A DNA stretch of 58,872 nucleotides, the filler included, from Candidatus Rokuibacteriota bacterium (GTDB lineage: Bacteria; JAUVQV01; DATDCY01), in the NCBI GenBank assembly GCA_031406795.1. It is 4 parts of 4 records of this genome, joined end to end, with 100 filler letters (N's around TTAATTAATTAA, not from the genome) between each part and the next. Parts side by side here need not be neighbours in the genome. Positions count along the whole stretch, not along the records: positions 38,965 to 58,872 come from JANOHV010000267.1; 3 more parts are not named here. One strand, given 5' to 3'. How positions within the stretch are numbered: position 1 is the first letter of the stretch; every line of letters starts with the position of its first letter. The notes beneath the pieces were generated by a model. The model was given only the letters and a program-made list of their open reading frames with translations. It had not been told where the DNA came from and did no database searches. The translations under genes were made by a program, and so were the position numbers. This document shows, in pieces, positions 46,745-55,879 of this stretch.

Positions 46745-46823
46745 GTCATTCCGGCGAAATCCGGGATCCCGTCATCTGCTGGAGACGCAATTCCGCTGAA
46801 CACCGGTTTTCGCCTGAGTGACG
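46745..46823. repeat. Degenerate CGTC-type REP inverted pair
   Basis: CGTCATTCCGGCGAAATCCGGGATCC and, inverted, CTGAACACCGGTTTTCGCCTGAGTGACG. Confidence 0.55.
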
Positions 46824-46843
46824 AATTATTGCCTGACCACCGA

Positions 46844-47695
46844 ATGACGTCTCGAGGGCTGCGACTCTGCCGCGCCGTCGTCGCGTGCGCGGCGCTGATC
46901 TCCGTCTCGCTGCCCGCGGCGGCAGCGGGCGGGCCGAAGGTGCTGCACGTGCCGGCGGATCTCTTCGCCGCAAGCGGGCCCCTCGGCGCGCTCGAGATCG
47001 ACGGCTGCCGGATCCTGCTCGCCGACGGGCCGGGCGGCTCGGCGCTGCGTGTCTCGCCGGCCATGGCCAGGCGCGGATTCCGCGACCTCCCCTTCTCGCT
47101 GCCACCGCTCGAACAGGAGGTGGTCTTCGGGCCGCTCGCGACTACGCTGCGCCTGAGAATCCCCGGGCGCGACGCGGCCGACCCGGCGACTACGATTCAG
47201 AGCACCCGCGCGGCGCTGCGGATAGCCGGCGCAAGCATCGAGCTGACCGTCGTCTTCGAGGATCAGGGACCGGAGCTGACCGGCGAGTACTACGCCACCG
47301 ACCCCGACACCGGCAAGGGCGGGTGGGTGCATGCGCTCGACGTGGAGGCCGACGACCTGAGGATCGCGGTCTCCTTCCCGATCCTGGCGCAGGGCGCCAC
47401 ATTGAGTCTCGGCGCGCCGACGGCGAGCGCCGCTTTCTCGTTCGCCGTTTCCGCGAGCGGGTTCGCCGGGCTGGCTCTGGACGGCACCTTCGCGAAGGAC
47501 GTGGTGAAATCCGCCCTCGAGCGCGCCGTCGCGGACGCGCTCAAACTCGATGCCTACCGCGCGCCCCTCGCCGCCGCGGTCACTACCTGGCTCCGCGAGG
47601 GCCCCTTCCAGGGTCTGGCGCTGCGGGAAATCAGGCTCCAGCCGACTGCGGACGGCGGCCTGGATCTGCAGGCGATCACGATCGCGGATCCCTGA
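46844..47695 (+). CDS. Hypothetical exported protein
   Basis: Signal-peptide-like N-terminus (AVVACAALISVSLPAAAA), host-like codon usage; no family recognised. Confidence 0.55.
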   Translation: MTSRGLRLCRAVVACAALISVSLPAAAAGGPKVLHVPADLFAASGPLGALEIDGCRILLADGPGGSALRVSPAMARRGFRDLPFSLPPLEQEVVFGPLATTLRLRIPGRDAADPATTIQSTRAALRIAGASIELTVVFEDQGPELTGEYYATDPDTGKGGWVHALDVEADDLRIAVSFPILAQGATLSLGAPTASAAFSFAVSASGFAGLALDGTFAKDVVKSALERAVADALKLDAYRAPLAAAVTTWLREGPFQGLALREIRLQPTADGGLDLQAITIADP

Positions 47696-47705
47696 CTGGC
47701 TCTTG

Positions 47706-48011
47706 ATGAAGCACTGTACCCTTGTGTTGCTGCCGGGGCTCGACGGCACGGGCGAGCGGTTCGGTGCGCCCCGCGGTCGTCGCGGCGCGTGTCCGAGCGC
47801 TGATGAACGTCGCACCAGGGCGCAACTTCGGGCAACGGCGCTCCCGCTGCTCTACCTGCAGGCGCTGCGGCGCGAGATACAGGATCTGCGAAACGACGGG
47901 TACACCACGGACTCGATGCGGGAGTTCCTGCGGGACATGATCGCGAACCTCAACGGGATGTACCACGTCATGACGGTGAACCCGAGGCTCCGGGCGGTGG
48001 AGCGGCCCTGA
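47706..48011 (+). pseudogene. Internally deleted alpha/beta-hydrolase remnant fused to an unrelated tail
   Basis: LVLLPGLDGTG and PLLYLQA motifs only ~30 aa apart, nucleophile region missing. Confidence 0.45.
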
Positions 48012-48053
48012 CGCCTTCTGCCTCGGAGAGCCATGCCCACGAGAATATGAGGC

Positions 48054-48089
48054 TTGACGGCAATGCAGCATATTGCTACATTTGTAGCA
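48054..48089 (+). promoter_or_regulatory. Sigma70 promoter with overlapping palindromic operator
   Basis: TTGACG-17 nt-TACATT; perfect palindrome TGCTACA-TT-TGTAGCA (48074-48089) covering the -10. Confidence 0.7.
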
Positions 48090-48117
48090 TTATGAACATG
48101 CGGTCAGGAGGTGGGGT

Positions 48118-48516
48118 ATGGCAAGTCCCATGAGATTGGCTTCAGCACTGATAGCGGCAGCGGAAAAGGAAGCGGCAATCCAGAAACGCTCGGTTCCCAA
48201 ACAGATCGAATTCTGGGCGGAATTGGGCCAGGCAGTGGAGCACACCATCGGATTCGCTGACGTAATCGCCATTACCCAGGGCCTGAAACGGATCGAACTG
48301 GAGCCTCTGGTTTCAGCCACCGCTGATCCGGACGATGTGTTCGACAACCTGGAGGCACGCAGGAGAAGCGGAACCCTTTCCGAAAAAGTCACCTCAGCCG
48401 CTTTCTCTTACGAAGCCAGCAAACGCCGTCCGGGTTTTCTGGAGAGGGTGAACAACCTCAGCGGGAAACGGGAAACCGGACGATTTCAAAACGGTGAATT
48501 CACTGTTCACCAATGA
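48118..48516 (+). CDS. ParD-like antitoxin family protein
   Basis: P.RL...L...A......KRS.PKQIE.WA.LG (RHH-type ParD-like); GGAGG RBS. Confidence 0.75.
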   Translation: MASPMRLASALIAAAEKEAAIQKRSVPKQIEFWAELGQAVEHTIGFADVIAITQGLKRIELEPLVSATADPDDVFDNLEARRRSGTLSEKVTSAAFSYEASKRRPGFLERVNNLSGKRETGRFQNGEFTVHQ

Positions 48517-49103
48517 CTGAAATCAGACAGCTCTGGCTGCTCGCAGGTGGTAATGGCGCCGGGAAATCCACCTTCTACCGCTTGTTTCTGGAACCCCGCG
48601 GCATCAAGTTCATCAATGCGGATCTGATCGCCAGGGAGATTGCCCCGGAACATCCTGAAGCCGCGAGCTATAAAGCCGCCAGCCTGGCAGAACGTTTTCG
48701 ATCGGACTTGCTGAATCAGGGCCTGTCTTTTTGTTTTGAAACCGTGTTCTCCCATGTATCGAAAATCGACTTCACCGGCAGAGCCAAAGCCCTGGGCTAT
48801 GAGGTGATTCTGGTCTTCATCCATCTTGAAAGCCCGGAACTCAACGCAGCCCGGGTTAGCCAGCGAGTCAGCGAAGGCGGCCACGATGTGCCTGCCGACA
48901 AGATCCGCAGCCGAATTCCCCGGACCATGAAGAACATCGCGACCATTCTCCCTGTAGTAGATTCAGCCTGGCTCTTGGACAACTCGTCCCGGGAAAACCC
49001 CTTTCAACAGGTCGCCGTGGTCCGTCTGGGCCGTAAACGCATCCTGGTCGATCCCCTGCCGGCCTGGGCTGAAGAAATCCTCCGCGCCTGCCATGAGCAC
49101 TAA
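48513..49103 (+). CDS. Zeta-toxin-like P-loop kinase/ATPase
   Basis: LAGGNGAGKST, FINAD.IA, SF.FETVFS, RV.QRV..GGH.VP..KI..R, DNS. Confidence 0.85.
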   Translation: MTEIRQLWLLAGGNGAGKSTFYRLFLEPRGIKFINADLIAREIAPEHPEAASYKAASLAERFRSDLLNQGLSFCFETVFSHVSKIDFTGRAKALGYEVILVFIHLESPELNAARVSQRVSEGGHDVPADKIRSRIPRTMKNIATILPVVDSAWLLDNSSRENPFQQVAVVRLGRKRILVDPLPAWAEEILRACHEH

Positions 49104-52100
49104 CTACTGTGGTGACACTCGCAGCACCGGGGAAACCGGGCAAGACGGTCTCGTCGCGGTCGTGGCCGAGAAGCCGTCGGTCGCTCGCGATATCGCGGCA
49201 GTGCTCGGCGCCACGAAAAAGGGCGGCGGTTGCCTGATCGGCGCCCGTCACATCGTCACCTGGGCGATCGGCCATCTCGTCGCGCTACCGGAGCCGCACC
49301 AGATCAAGCCCGAGTGGAAGGCCTGGCGGCGAGCGCTGCTGCCGATGCTGCCGGACATCTGGCCGCTGGTCGTCGCCGAGCGCGTGAAGGAGCAGTACGA
49401 GGCGGTTCGCAGAGTCCTCACCGACACACGCGTTGCCGAAGTCGTCTGCGCGACCGATGCCGGCCGCGAAGGGGAGCTGATCTTCCGGCAACTCTACGAA
49501 GCGACGGGCTGCACGAAGCCGGTGAAACGTCTGTGGATCTCCTCCCTGACGCCCGATGCGATCCGCGCTGGCTTTGCCCGCCTGCGACCCGCGCGAGACT
49601 TCGACCGATTGGCCGACGCGGCCCGCGGCCGCAGCCGCGCCGACTGGCTCGTCGGCATGAATTTCTCCCGGGCCTTCACGCTCGCGGGCGACGAGATGCT
49701 CACCGTCGGCCGGGTGCAGACTCCGACCCTGGCCATGGTCGTCGAGCGGGAACTGGCAATCCGGGCCTTCGTCCCCCAGGAGTACCTCGAGGTCGTCGCG
49801 ACGTTCGAGGGGGAGAACGGACACTACCGCGGCACGTACTTCGACCCCGCGGTCAAGGAAGACGGCGGCACGCGGTTCCCGCAGGACGGCGGGGCGGCCC
49901 GGTGCATCGTTTCGCGCGCGACAACAGGCGCCACGGCGATTGCCGCCGTCGACGCACAGACGAGGCGGACGCCGCCGCCGCTGCTCTTCGACCTCACGGA
50001 ACTACAGCGCCACGCGAATCGCCTCCTCGGCTGGAGCGCCAAGAAGACGCTCGAGGTGGCGCAGCGGCTCTACGAGGTGAAGAAGGCAATCACCTATCCG
50101 CGCACCGATAGCCGCCACCTGTCGAAAAGCGTTGCCGAGACGCTGCCGGAGGTGCTCCGCGCCCTCGCGCCCGCGTACGGCGCGCTCTTTGCACCCGGAA
50201 CCCTCGAGCGGCCGCTCGGCAGCCGCTTCGTCGACGACGCGAAAGTCACCGACCACCACGCGATCATCCCGACCCGGCTCGTGCCCGACAGCAAAGGTGA
50301 CGAGCGCGCGCTCTACGACGTGATCGTCAGGCGTCTGATCGCCGCCTGGCATCCGGAGCACGTCGCGGCGACGACAACCGTCGTCACGGCGATCACCGGC
50401 CGCGAATTCCTCGATCGCTACCGTTCAAGTGGCACGATGGTGCAACAGACCGGTTGGAAGGCGGTCGAGCCGGAGCCGCAGCGCCGCAAAAAGAGCGAGG
50501 AAGAAGACGACGCCACGCCGACGCTGCCGCCCGGCCTCAAAGTCGGCCAGCCGCAGCGGGTCGCCGCGATCGACACCCGCGAGCGAAAAACCCGGCCGCC
50601 GAAGCGCTTCACGGATGCCACGCTGCTCACCGCGATGGAGACCTGCGGCAAGACGCTCGACGAGAAAGAACTTGCCGCGGCGATGCGCGAAAGCGGCCTG
50701 GGCACGCCGGCGACCCGGGCGGATATTCTCGAGAACCTGCTGGCGCGCGCCTATCTCGAGCGCAGCGCCAAGACACTCGTCGCCACCGACAAGGGGATCA
50801 GGCTGATTGCGCTTGTCCACCCGTCGGTGAAGAGTCCGGCGTTGACGGGGCGCTGGGAGGCCCAGCTGGCGCGGCTTCAGCGCGGCGAGGGGCGGCTCGA
50901 CGCCTTCATGGCCGGGATCGAAGAATATGTGCGCGAAATCGTCGGCGAGACGGTGCCCGCTCGGAGCTGCGCGCCGCCGGGGTCCCCCGCTTCGCGCCAC
51001 CCCTTTGTCCAGAGCGTGATCCAAGGCGACGAGTCCCTACGAAACGTTCCGCCAACCCGCGAGCCGGTTCCCGCGGCCGGCCTCGGCGAGCTGCTCACGC
51101 GCGTCTTCGGCCACACGGGCTTCCGGCCGTTCCAGGAGGACGTCTGCCGCGCCGTGACCGCGGGCCGCGACGCGCTGCTCGTTATGCCGACCGGCGCCGG
51201 CAAATCGCTCTGCTACCAGCTCCCCGGACTCGCGCGCGCCGGCACGACGCTGGTCATCTCCCCCCTGATCGCGCTGATGGAAGACCAGGTCGCCAAGCTG
51301 CGAGCGCTCGGGCTGGCCGCCGCACGCATTCATTCGGGCCTCGAGCGTCTGGCCGCGAACCAGGTTTGTTGCGATTACCTGGAAGGCAAGCTCGACTTCC
51401 TGTTCATCGCGCCGGAGCGGCTCGCGTTCAAAGGCTTCACCGAGATGCTCGCGAAGCGCACGCCGGCGCTGGTCGCGGTGGATGAGGCGCATTGCATTTC
51501 GCACTGGGGTCACGACTTCCGCCCCGACTACCGGCTGCTCGGCGCACGGCTGCCTTCATTGCGGCCCGCGCCGGTGATCGCCCTGACCGCCACCGCAACG
51601 CCGCGCGTCCAGGACGACATCAAAGCGCAGCTCGGACTGACCGGCGACGCGCGTTTCATCCACGGCTTCCGCCGGACGAATATTGCCGTCGAAGTGCTCG
51701 AGGCGCCGCCCAGCCGGCGCGCCGAGCTGGTGCTCGCGGCGCTCGCGGACCCGGCGCATCGGCCGGCAATCGTCTATGCGCCGACCCGCCGCGAGGCCGC
51801 GGCGCTGGCAGCCGACCTGCAGAGCCACGTCCGCGCGGTCGCCTACCACGCCGGGCTGGCTTCGAAAGAGCGCGATGAGGTGCAGCGCCGCTTCCTCGGG
51901 GGCCGCGCCGAGGTCATCGTCGCGACGATCGCTTTCGGGATGGGGATCGACAAGCCGGACGTCCGGACCGTCATCCACACCGGCCTGCCCGGCAGCGTCG
52001 AGGGGTATTACCAGGAGATCGGACGCGCGGGTCGGGACGGTCTGCCGTCAAAGGCAATCCTGCTGCATTCCTACGGGGACACGCGCACGCATGAATTCTT

Positions 52101-53067
52101 TCTCGGGCGCGACTATCCCGAGCCGGCAATCCTCGAGAAGGTGTTTGGCGGACTGCGGCCGGAGCCGATCGCTGCGGAGGAGCTGTGCCGCGGCGTGAAG
52201 ATCGACGCCGAGGTGTTCGAGAAGAGCCTCGAGAAGCTCTGGATGTTCGGTGGCGCCCTCGTCACGCCCGAGGGGGACGCCTCTCGCGGCGTCGAGGGCT
52301 GGCGCCGTCCCTACGAGGAACAGCGAGAGCACCGCAAGACCCAGCTCGACCTGATGCGCCGCTTCGCAAACGGCTCTTCCTGCCGGATGCTCCAGCTCGT
52401 CAGGCACTTCGGCGACCAGGAAGACTCCGGCGCCCGCTGCGGCATCTGCGACATCTGCGCGCCCGCAGGCGGCACCGTGACCCGACTGCGCCGCGCCGAC
52501 CCGCAGGAACAAGCCGCGCTCGGCCGCGCACTGGCGCTGCTGCGCGGTCGCGACGGCCAGGGGACCGGGCAGCTCCACCGCGAGGTGCAGGGAGCGTTCC
52601 CGAAGCTGGACCGGCGGATCTTCGAGGCGCTTCTCGGCGGCCTGGCGCGCGGCGGCCTTGTCAGGATCGAGGACGACCAGTTCGAGAAGGACGGCCAGAC
52701 GATCCGCTTCCACCGCGTGTACCTGACGGATCAGGGGCGGCGGGCCGACGCGGTGATCGAGGCGCAGATTCCTGTTGCGCCACCGTCGACAAGCACCGGG
52801 AGGCGGGGGAAGAAGTTGTCAGCGAAGACTGGCGGGGTGACGCAGCGGGAGAAGTCGCCAGCGCTTTTCGAGGCACTCCGCCAGTGGCGGCTCGAAGAGG
52901 CCCGGCGGCGGCAGGTGCCGGCCTTCAGGATCCTGAGTAACCAGTCGCTGCTCGACATCGCGGCCAGAAAACCGAGCACTAACGCCGAGCTGCTCGAGGC
53001 CTCCGGGATCGGCCCGTCCCGCCTCAAGCAGTACGGGAAGCGCCTGCTGCAGATCGTGCGGGGTTGA
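49093..53067 (+). CDS. DNA topoisomerase III - RecQ helicase - HRDC fusion protein (1324 aa)
   Basis: Type IA motifs AEKPS, ATDAGREGE, GRVQTPTL, ITYPRTDS, GLGTPATRA; RecQ motifs MPTGAGKSLCYQ, DEAHCIS.WGHDFRPDY, AFGMGIDK.DVR, QEIGRAGRDG, Zn-binding CR..CGICDIC; C-terminal HRDC; single uninterrupted ORF. Confidence 0.93.
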   Translation: MSTNYCGDTRSTGETGQDGLVAVVAEKPSVARDIAAVLGATKKGGGCLIGARHIVTWAIGHLVALPEPHQIKPEWKAWRRALLPMLPDIWPLVVAERVKEQYEAVRRVLTDTRVAEVVCATDAGREGELIFRQLYEATGCTKPVKRLWISSLTPDAIRAGFARLRPARDFDRLADAARGRSRADWLVGMNFSRAFTLAGDEMLTVGRVQTPTLAMVVERELAIRAFVPQEYLEVVATFEGENGHYRGTYFDPAVKEDGGTRFPQDGGAARCIVSRATTGATAIAAVDAQTRRTPPPLLFDLTELQRHANRLLGWSAKKTLEVAQRLYEVKKAITYPRTDSRHLSKSVAETLPEVLRALAPAYGALFAPGTLERPLGSRFVDDAKVTDHHAIIPTRLVPDSKGDERALYDVIVRRLIAAWHPEHVAATTTVVTAITGREFLDRYRSSGTMVQQTGWKAVEPEPQRRKKSEEEDDATPTLPPGLKVGQPQRVAAIDTRERKTRPPKRFTDATLLTAMETCGKTLDEKELAAAMRESGLGTPATRADILENLLARAYLERSAKTLVATDKGIRLIALVHPSVKSPALTGRWEAQLARLQRGEGRLDAFMAGIEEYVREIVGETVPARSCAPPGSPASRHPFVQSVIQGDESLRNVPPTREPVPAAGLGELLTRVFGHTGFRPFQEDVCRAVTAGRDALLVMPTGAGKSLCYQLPGLARAGTTLVISPLIALMEDQVAKLRALGLAAARIHSGLERLAANQVCCDYLEGKLDFLFIAPERLAFKGFTEMLAKRTPALVAVDEAHCISHWGHDFRPDYRLLGARLPSLRPAPVIALTATATPRVQDDIKAQLGLTGDARFIHGFRRTNIAVEVLEAPPSRRAELVLAALADPAHRPAIVYAPTRREAAALAADLQSHVRAVAYHAGLASKERDEVQRRFLGGRAEVIVATIAFGMGIDKPDVRTVIHTGLPGSVEGYYQEIGRAGRDGLPSKAILLHSYGDTRTHEFFLGRDYPEPAILEKVFGGLRPEPIAAEELCRGVKIDAEVFEKSLEKLWMFGGALVTPEGDASRGVEGWRRPYEEQREHRKTQLDLMRRFANGSSCRMLQLVRHFGDQEDSGARCGICDICAPAGGTVTRLRRADPQEQAALGRALALLRGRDGQGTGQLHREVQGAFPKLDRRIFEALLGGLARGGLVRIEDDQFEKDGQTIRFHRVYLTDQGRRADAVIEAQIPVAPPSTSTGRRGKKLSAKTGGVTQREKSPALFEALRQWRLEEARRRQVPAFRILSNQSLLDIAARKPSTNAELLEASGIGPSRLKQYGKRLLQIVRG

Positions 53068-53073
53068 AGGGCT

Positions 53074-53106
53074 GAAAACCGGGACAAATAAATCTGTCCC
53101 GTTTTC
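53074..53106. terminator. Hairpin after the topB-recQ gene (terminator or REP-like)
   Basis: GAAAAC(C)GGGACA-AATAAATC-TGTCCCGTTTTC inverted repeat. Confidence 0.5.
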
Positions 53107-53132
53107 GAGTTTCCTTTACACTGCCATCAACC

Positions 53133-53600
53133 ATGTCCTACGAGACTGAGTGGCAGACCCGCAAGAAACGCATCGACAGCCGTCTCAAGGCCCTCGGCTG
53201 GTCGATCAGGCCGTATTCCGACCACCTGAACCTCGAAACCCTGACCGCCACCGCCGTCGAGGAACTTCCCGCCAGGAACGGCCCGGCGGACTACGGACTT
53301 TTCGTCGGCGGTCAACTCCTCGGCATCATCGAGGCCAAGAAGGTCACCGTGAACCCCCAGAACGTCCTCGAACAGGCGAAACGCTACGCCGCCGGGGTCA
53401 ACCAGCCTGCCGGTGACTGGGACAGCCTCAGGGTGCCATTCCTGTACGCCACCAATGGCACCATCGTCTGGCACCTCGACACCCGGCAGGCAAAGCGGGT
53501 GTCCCGGACCCTCAGTAATTTCCACACCCCGGACGCGATGAGCGGCCTGTTCACGCAAGACTTGCGCTCCGCCGCTGCCTGGCTCAAGGGGACACCCCCG
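53133..53600 (+). pseudogene. hsdR: Type I restriction enzyme HsdR N-terminal remnant
   Basis: E..TR..RID..L...GW, ADY.LF......IEAKK, EQA.RYA, PF.YATNG, FHTP; recognisable similarity ends near 53600, no helicase domain, no hsdM/S. Confidence 0.75.
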
Positions 53601-53694
53601 AGCAGATCGACACGGTGGTTTCGCCAAGACCATTGGACGGAGTATTACCCAAAAATCACTTGTCAAGACCGAAAAGCACCAAACGGTCAACGGT

Positions 53695-54108
53695 TCATGC
53701 AAGCTTTGTTTTCAGCCCCACCGTCATTGCCGCGGCTACCCGGCGATTATCCGCGGAGGCGAATAATTCGGCGCCCCAGGCCACGGCGCATGCGACATGG
53801 AGCGCGTCCATGGTGCGCACGGGCGTGGTTTCCAGGATTTCGATGCTCGTGCGCACGACGTCCGGGGTCAGGTTGATAACGACGGTATCGCGCACATCCT
53901 GAGCGAGGCTCTGCTTGGCCTGGGCATAGCCGCGGCGGGTCAGGCTTTTCTCGCGCAACCGACGGTTCAACGCCGAGATGATTTCCGGAACGCAAATGAC
54001 GCTCAGGCAGAGCTCATCTGCTTGAGCGCAGAGGATCTCGACCTCTTCGCTCCCTGGCTCTTCAACAAAGCGCTTCGCGAACGCCGAGGAATCAAGGAAG
54101 AGCTTCAT
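53695..54108 (-). CDS. vapC: VapC-family PIN toxin
   Basis: MKLFLDSSAFAKRFVEE.GS, E..SALNR, RTMDALHVACA, F.SAD.R. Confidence 0.88.
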   Translation of the reverse strand: MKLFLDSSAFAKRFVEEPGSEEVEILCAQADELCLSVICVPEIISALNRRLREKSLTRRGYAQAKQSLAQDVRDTVVINLTPDVVRTSIEILETTPVRTMDALHVACAVAWGAELFASADNRRVAAAMTVGLKTKLA

Positions 54109-55300
54109 GCTCCCGCTCCTCGATGATCGCGGCCGCCAAACCTGCACCCGTTGTCGCCAAGTGCAATGCCGGGCGTTTCCATGACGGTTGTTCAACCGTC
54201 TTATCCGCCGAATCGTAACGCTTCCGCAGGTCGTTGTTCCATTCGTGCTTCAGGCGGCCGTCGTGCTGCAATCGTCCGACCACGATCCCGGCATCTATCC
54301 TGTGCACATCGGCAAACCCACGAACGGAATGGGGGGTGTAGATCCCATGCTTGAGAAAACGCTCATAGACCTTGGGTGGAATAAGTGTATCGGCGGCGAA
54401 ACGGTCGGCTGCAACCTCCTGTTCCACCTGCTCAGGAGCGGCGCAGCCATCTTCAAGAAACACGGATTGACGGTCGTGCAAAAGGAGATGACCTAATTCG
54501 TGAAAGAGACTGAACCAGAAGATATCGGCCCACTTCCCGCGGATGGTCAGCAGGATCACTGCCTTTTCGCGCCCGAGCCAGAAGGTCGCCCCGTGGGCCT
54601 TCGTGCCGGGGAAATGGGGGCAGACAACCAAGGCAACCCCGGCGCTGGCCAGGAGTTCGCTCAAGGGCCCCAGGAATTCGTTCGGCGTCAGTGGGGTCAT
54701 CGCCCTGATCTTTGTGAGGGATTCCTGGAGTAAAGGCTTATTGAAAGGAGCACACTCAATCGCCTGGGCCCTGATCTCCCCCATCCTGAGCCATGCGGCG
54801 ACAGCATGGCACGAATGCCCCTGTCTCGGTGACTTGCCGTAACGGAACGCAGCCTGGTAACGCCGGACCTCGAGCACAGAATGCAGCGTGGCTACGCCGA
54901 AGAAACGCTGCAACTCCGCGACTTTCTCGATCGGCTGCGTGTGCCGTGCAACCGCGCCAAGCTTCACCAGATCCTGATAACAGAAGGTATCGACAAGTCC
55001 GGCCTCGGCTTTCAATAGCTCCTGTTCGCGCGCTTTCTCCTGCCTGACGAGGGAGAGACGGTACTCGGACTCCAGCCCGAGCCAGATATGGGCCGGCACT
55101 CCGACCACTTTCTCGAGCTGAAGGGCGGTGTCCGCGGTGATGGCCTTCTCGCCCTTGAAGATCTGGCTCAGCTTGGAGGCAGGACGGGCCATCCTCGTCG
55201 CCAACTCGTCCTTGGTCATCCCAAGCTCCCCGATGACCTCCTCGAGGTACTCCCCCGGAGGGATGGCCAGATCGGAATGTGCCACCGACTCAGTCCTCAT
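54092..55300 (-). CDS. higA: HigA antitoxin fused to ImmA/IrrE peptidase, with a VapB-like C-terminal tail
   Basis: AIPPGEYL.E.....GM...ELA.RM, IT.DTALQLE.V.G.PA..WL.LE..Y; D.FWFSLFHELGH; E..AD.FA. Confidence 0.88.
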   Translation of the reverse strand: MRTESVAHSDLAIPPGEYLEEVIGELGMTKDELATRMARPASKLSQIFKGEKAITADTALQLEKVVGVPAHIWLGLESEYRLSLVRQEKAREQELLKAEAGLVDTFCYQDLVKLGAVARHTQPIEKVAELQRFFGVATLHSVLEVRRYQAAFRYGKSPRQGHSCHAVAAWLRMGEIRAQAIECAPFNKPLLQESLTKIRAMTPLTPNEFLGPLSELLASAGVALVVCPHFPGTKAHGATFWLGREKAVILLTIRGKWADIFWFSLFHELGHLLLHDRQSVFLEDGCAAPEQVEQEVAADRFAADTLIPPKVYERFLKHGIYTPHSVRGFADVHRIDAGIVVGRLQHDGRLKHEWNNDLRKRYDSADKTVEQPSWKRPALHLATTGAGLAAAIIEEREHEALP

Positions 55301-55592
55301 AGTGCTTGCTCACCCCCTCGATCATAACGATTTCGAGCCGATCGCCTTCCAGCGTGAAGATCAAGCGCTGGTAATCCGTCAGATTGACCGCCCACTGGCC
55401 CTGGCGTTTACCCTTGAGCTGGTGGCACCTGAGTGCGGGGAGTCGTTTCAACTCATCGATGTCGCGGGCCGCCTTGATGATATTGACGCGCTGGATGTAC
55501 TTCCGCGCCACGGGTTCCCCATAGGCTTTGACAGCTTCGCCAGAGCGTTCATAGTAACTTTGCAGCTTCCGGGTCCGGAACCTGACGTCCAC
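55290..55592 (-). CDS. higB: HigB toxin (plasmid maintenance killer, RelE fold)
   Basis: V.F....L, H.LKG.R.GQWAV.L....RLIF, IE.VS.HYE; upstream of higA. Confidence 0.88.
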   Translation of the reverse strand: MDVRFRTRKLQSYYERSGEAVKAYGEPVARKYIQRVNIIKAARDIDELKRLPALRCHQLKGKRQGQWAVNLTDYQRLIFTLEGDRLEIVMIEGVSKHYED

Positions 55593-55620
55593 GCGCCCTC
55601 TCACATGCCTTCATAATCCT

Positions 55621-55639
55621 CTTTACCTTTAGGGTAAAG
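55621..55639. promoter_or_regulatory. Palindromic operator upstream of higBA
   Basis: CTTTACC-TTTAG-GGTAAAG. Confidence 0.6.
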
Positions 55640-55879
55640 ACAATATGGGGCGTGATCAGCAATCTGTCAATAGTCTTCTATACCTCAGGGGTGAAGAACT
55701 GTTTGCGACATCTGTGCGGGCGCCTCATCGACCCCCTCACCTCCTCCGACACCCCGGGCCGTTTCTCATCGTCATCCGACTGCGGGATGACTGCGCTCGG
55801 ACAATATCAATCTGCTGCGGATGACTTACGAGGAACCGGAAGAAGCGTTGCCTCCGGTGTTTTCCGCCGGGAGAGCACC

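Noticed and set aside
53133-53876. Intact 247-aa restriction gene or functional type I RM system
   Set aside because: HsdR similarity stops near 53600, the remainder is antisense to vapC, and hsdM/hsdS are absent
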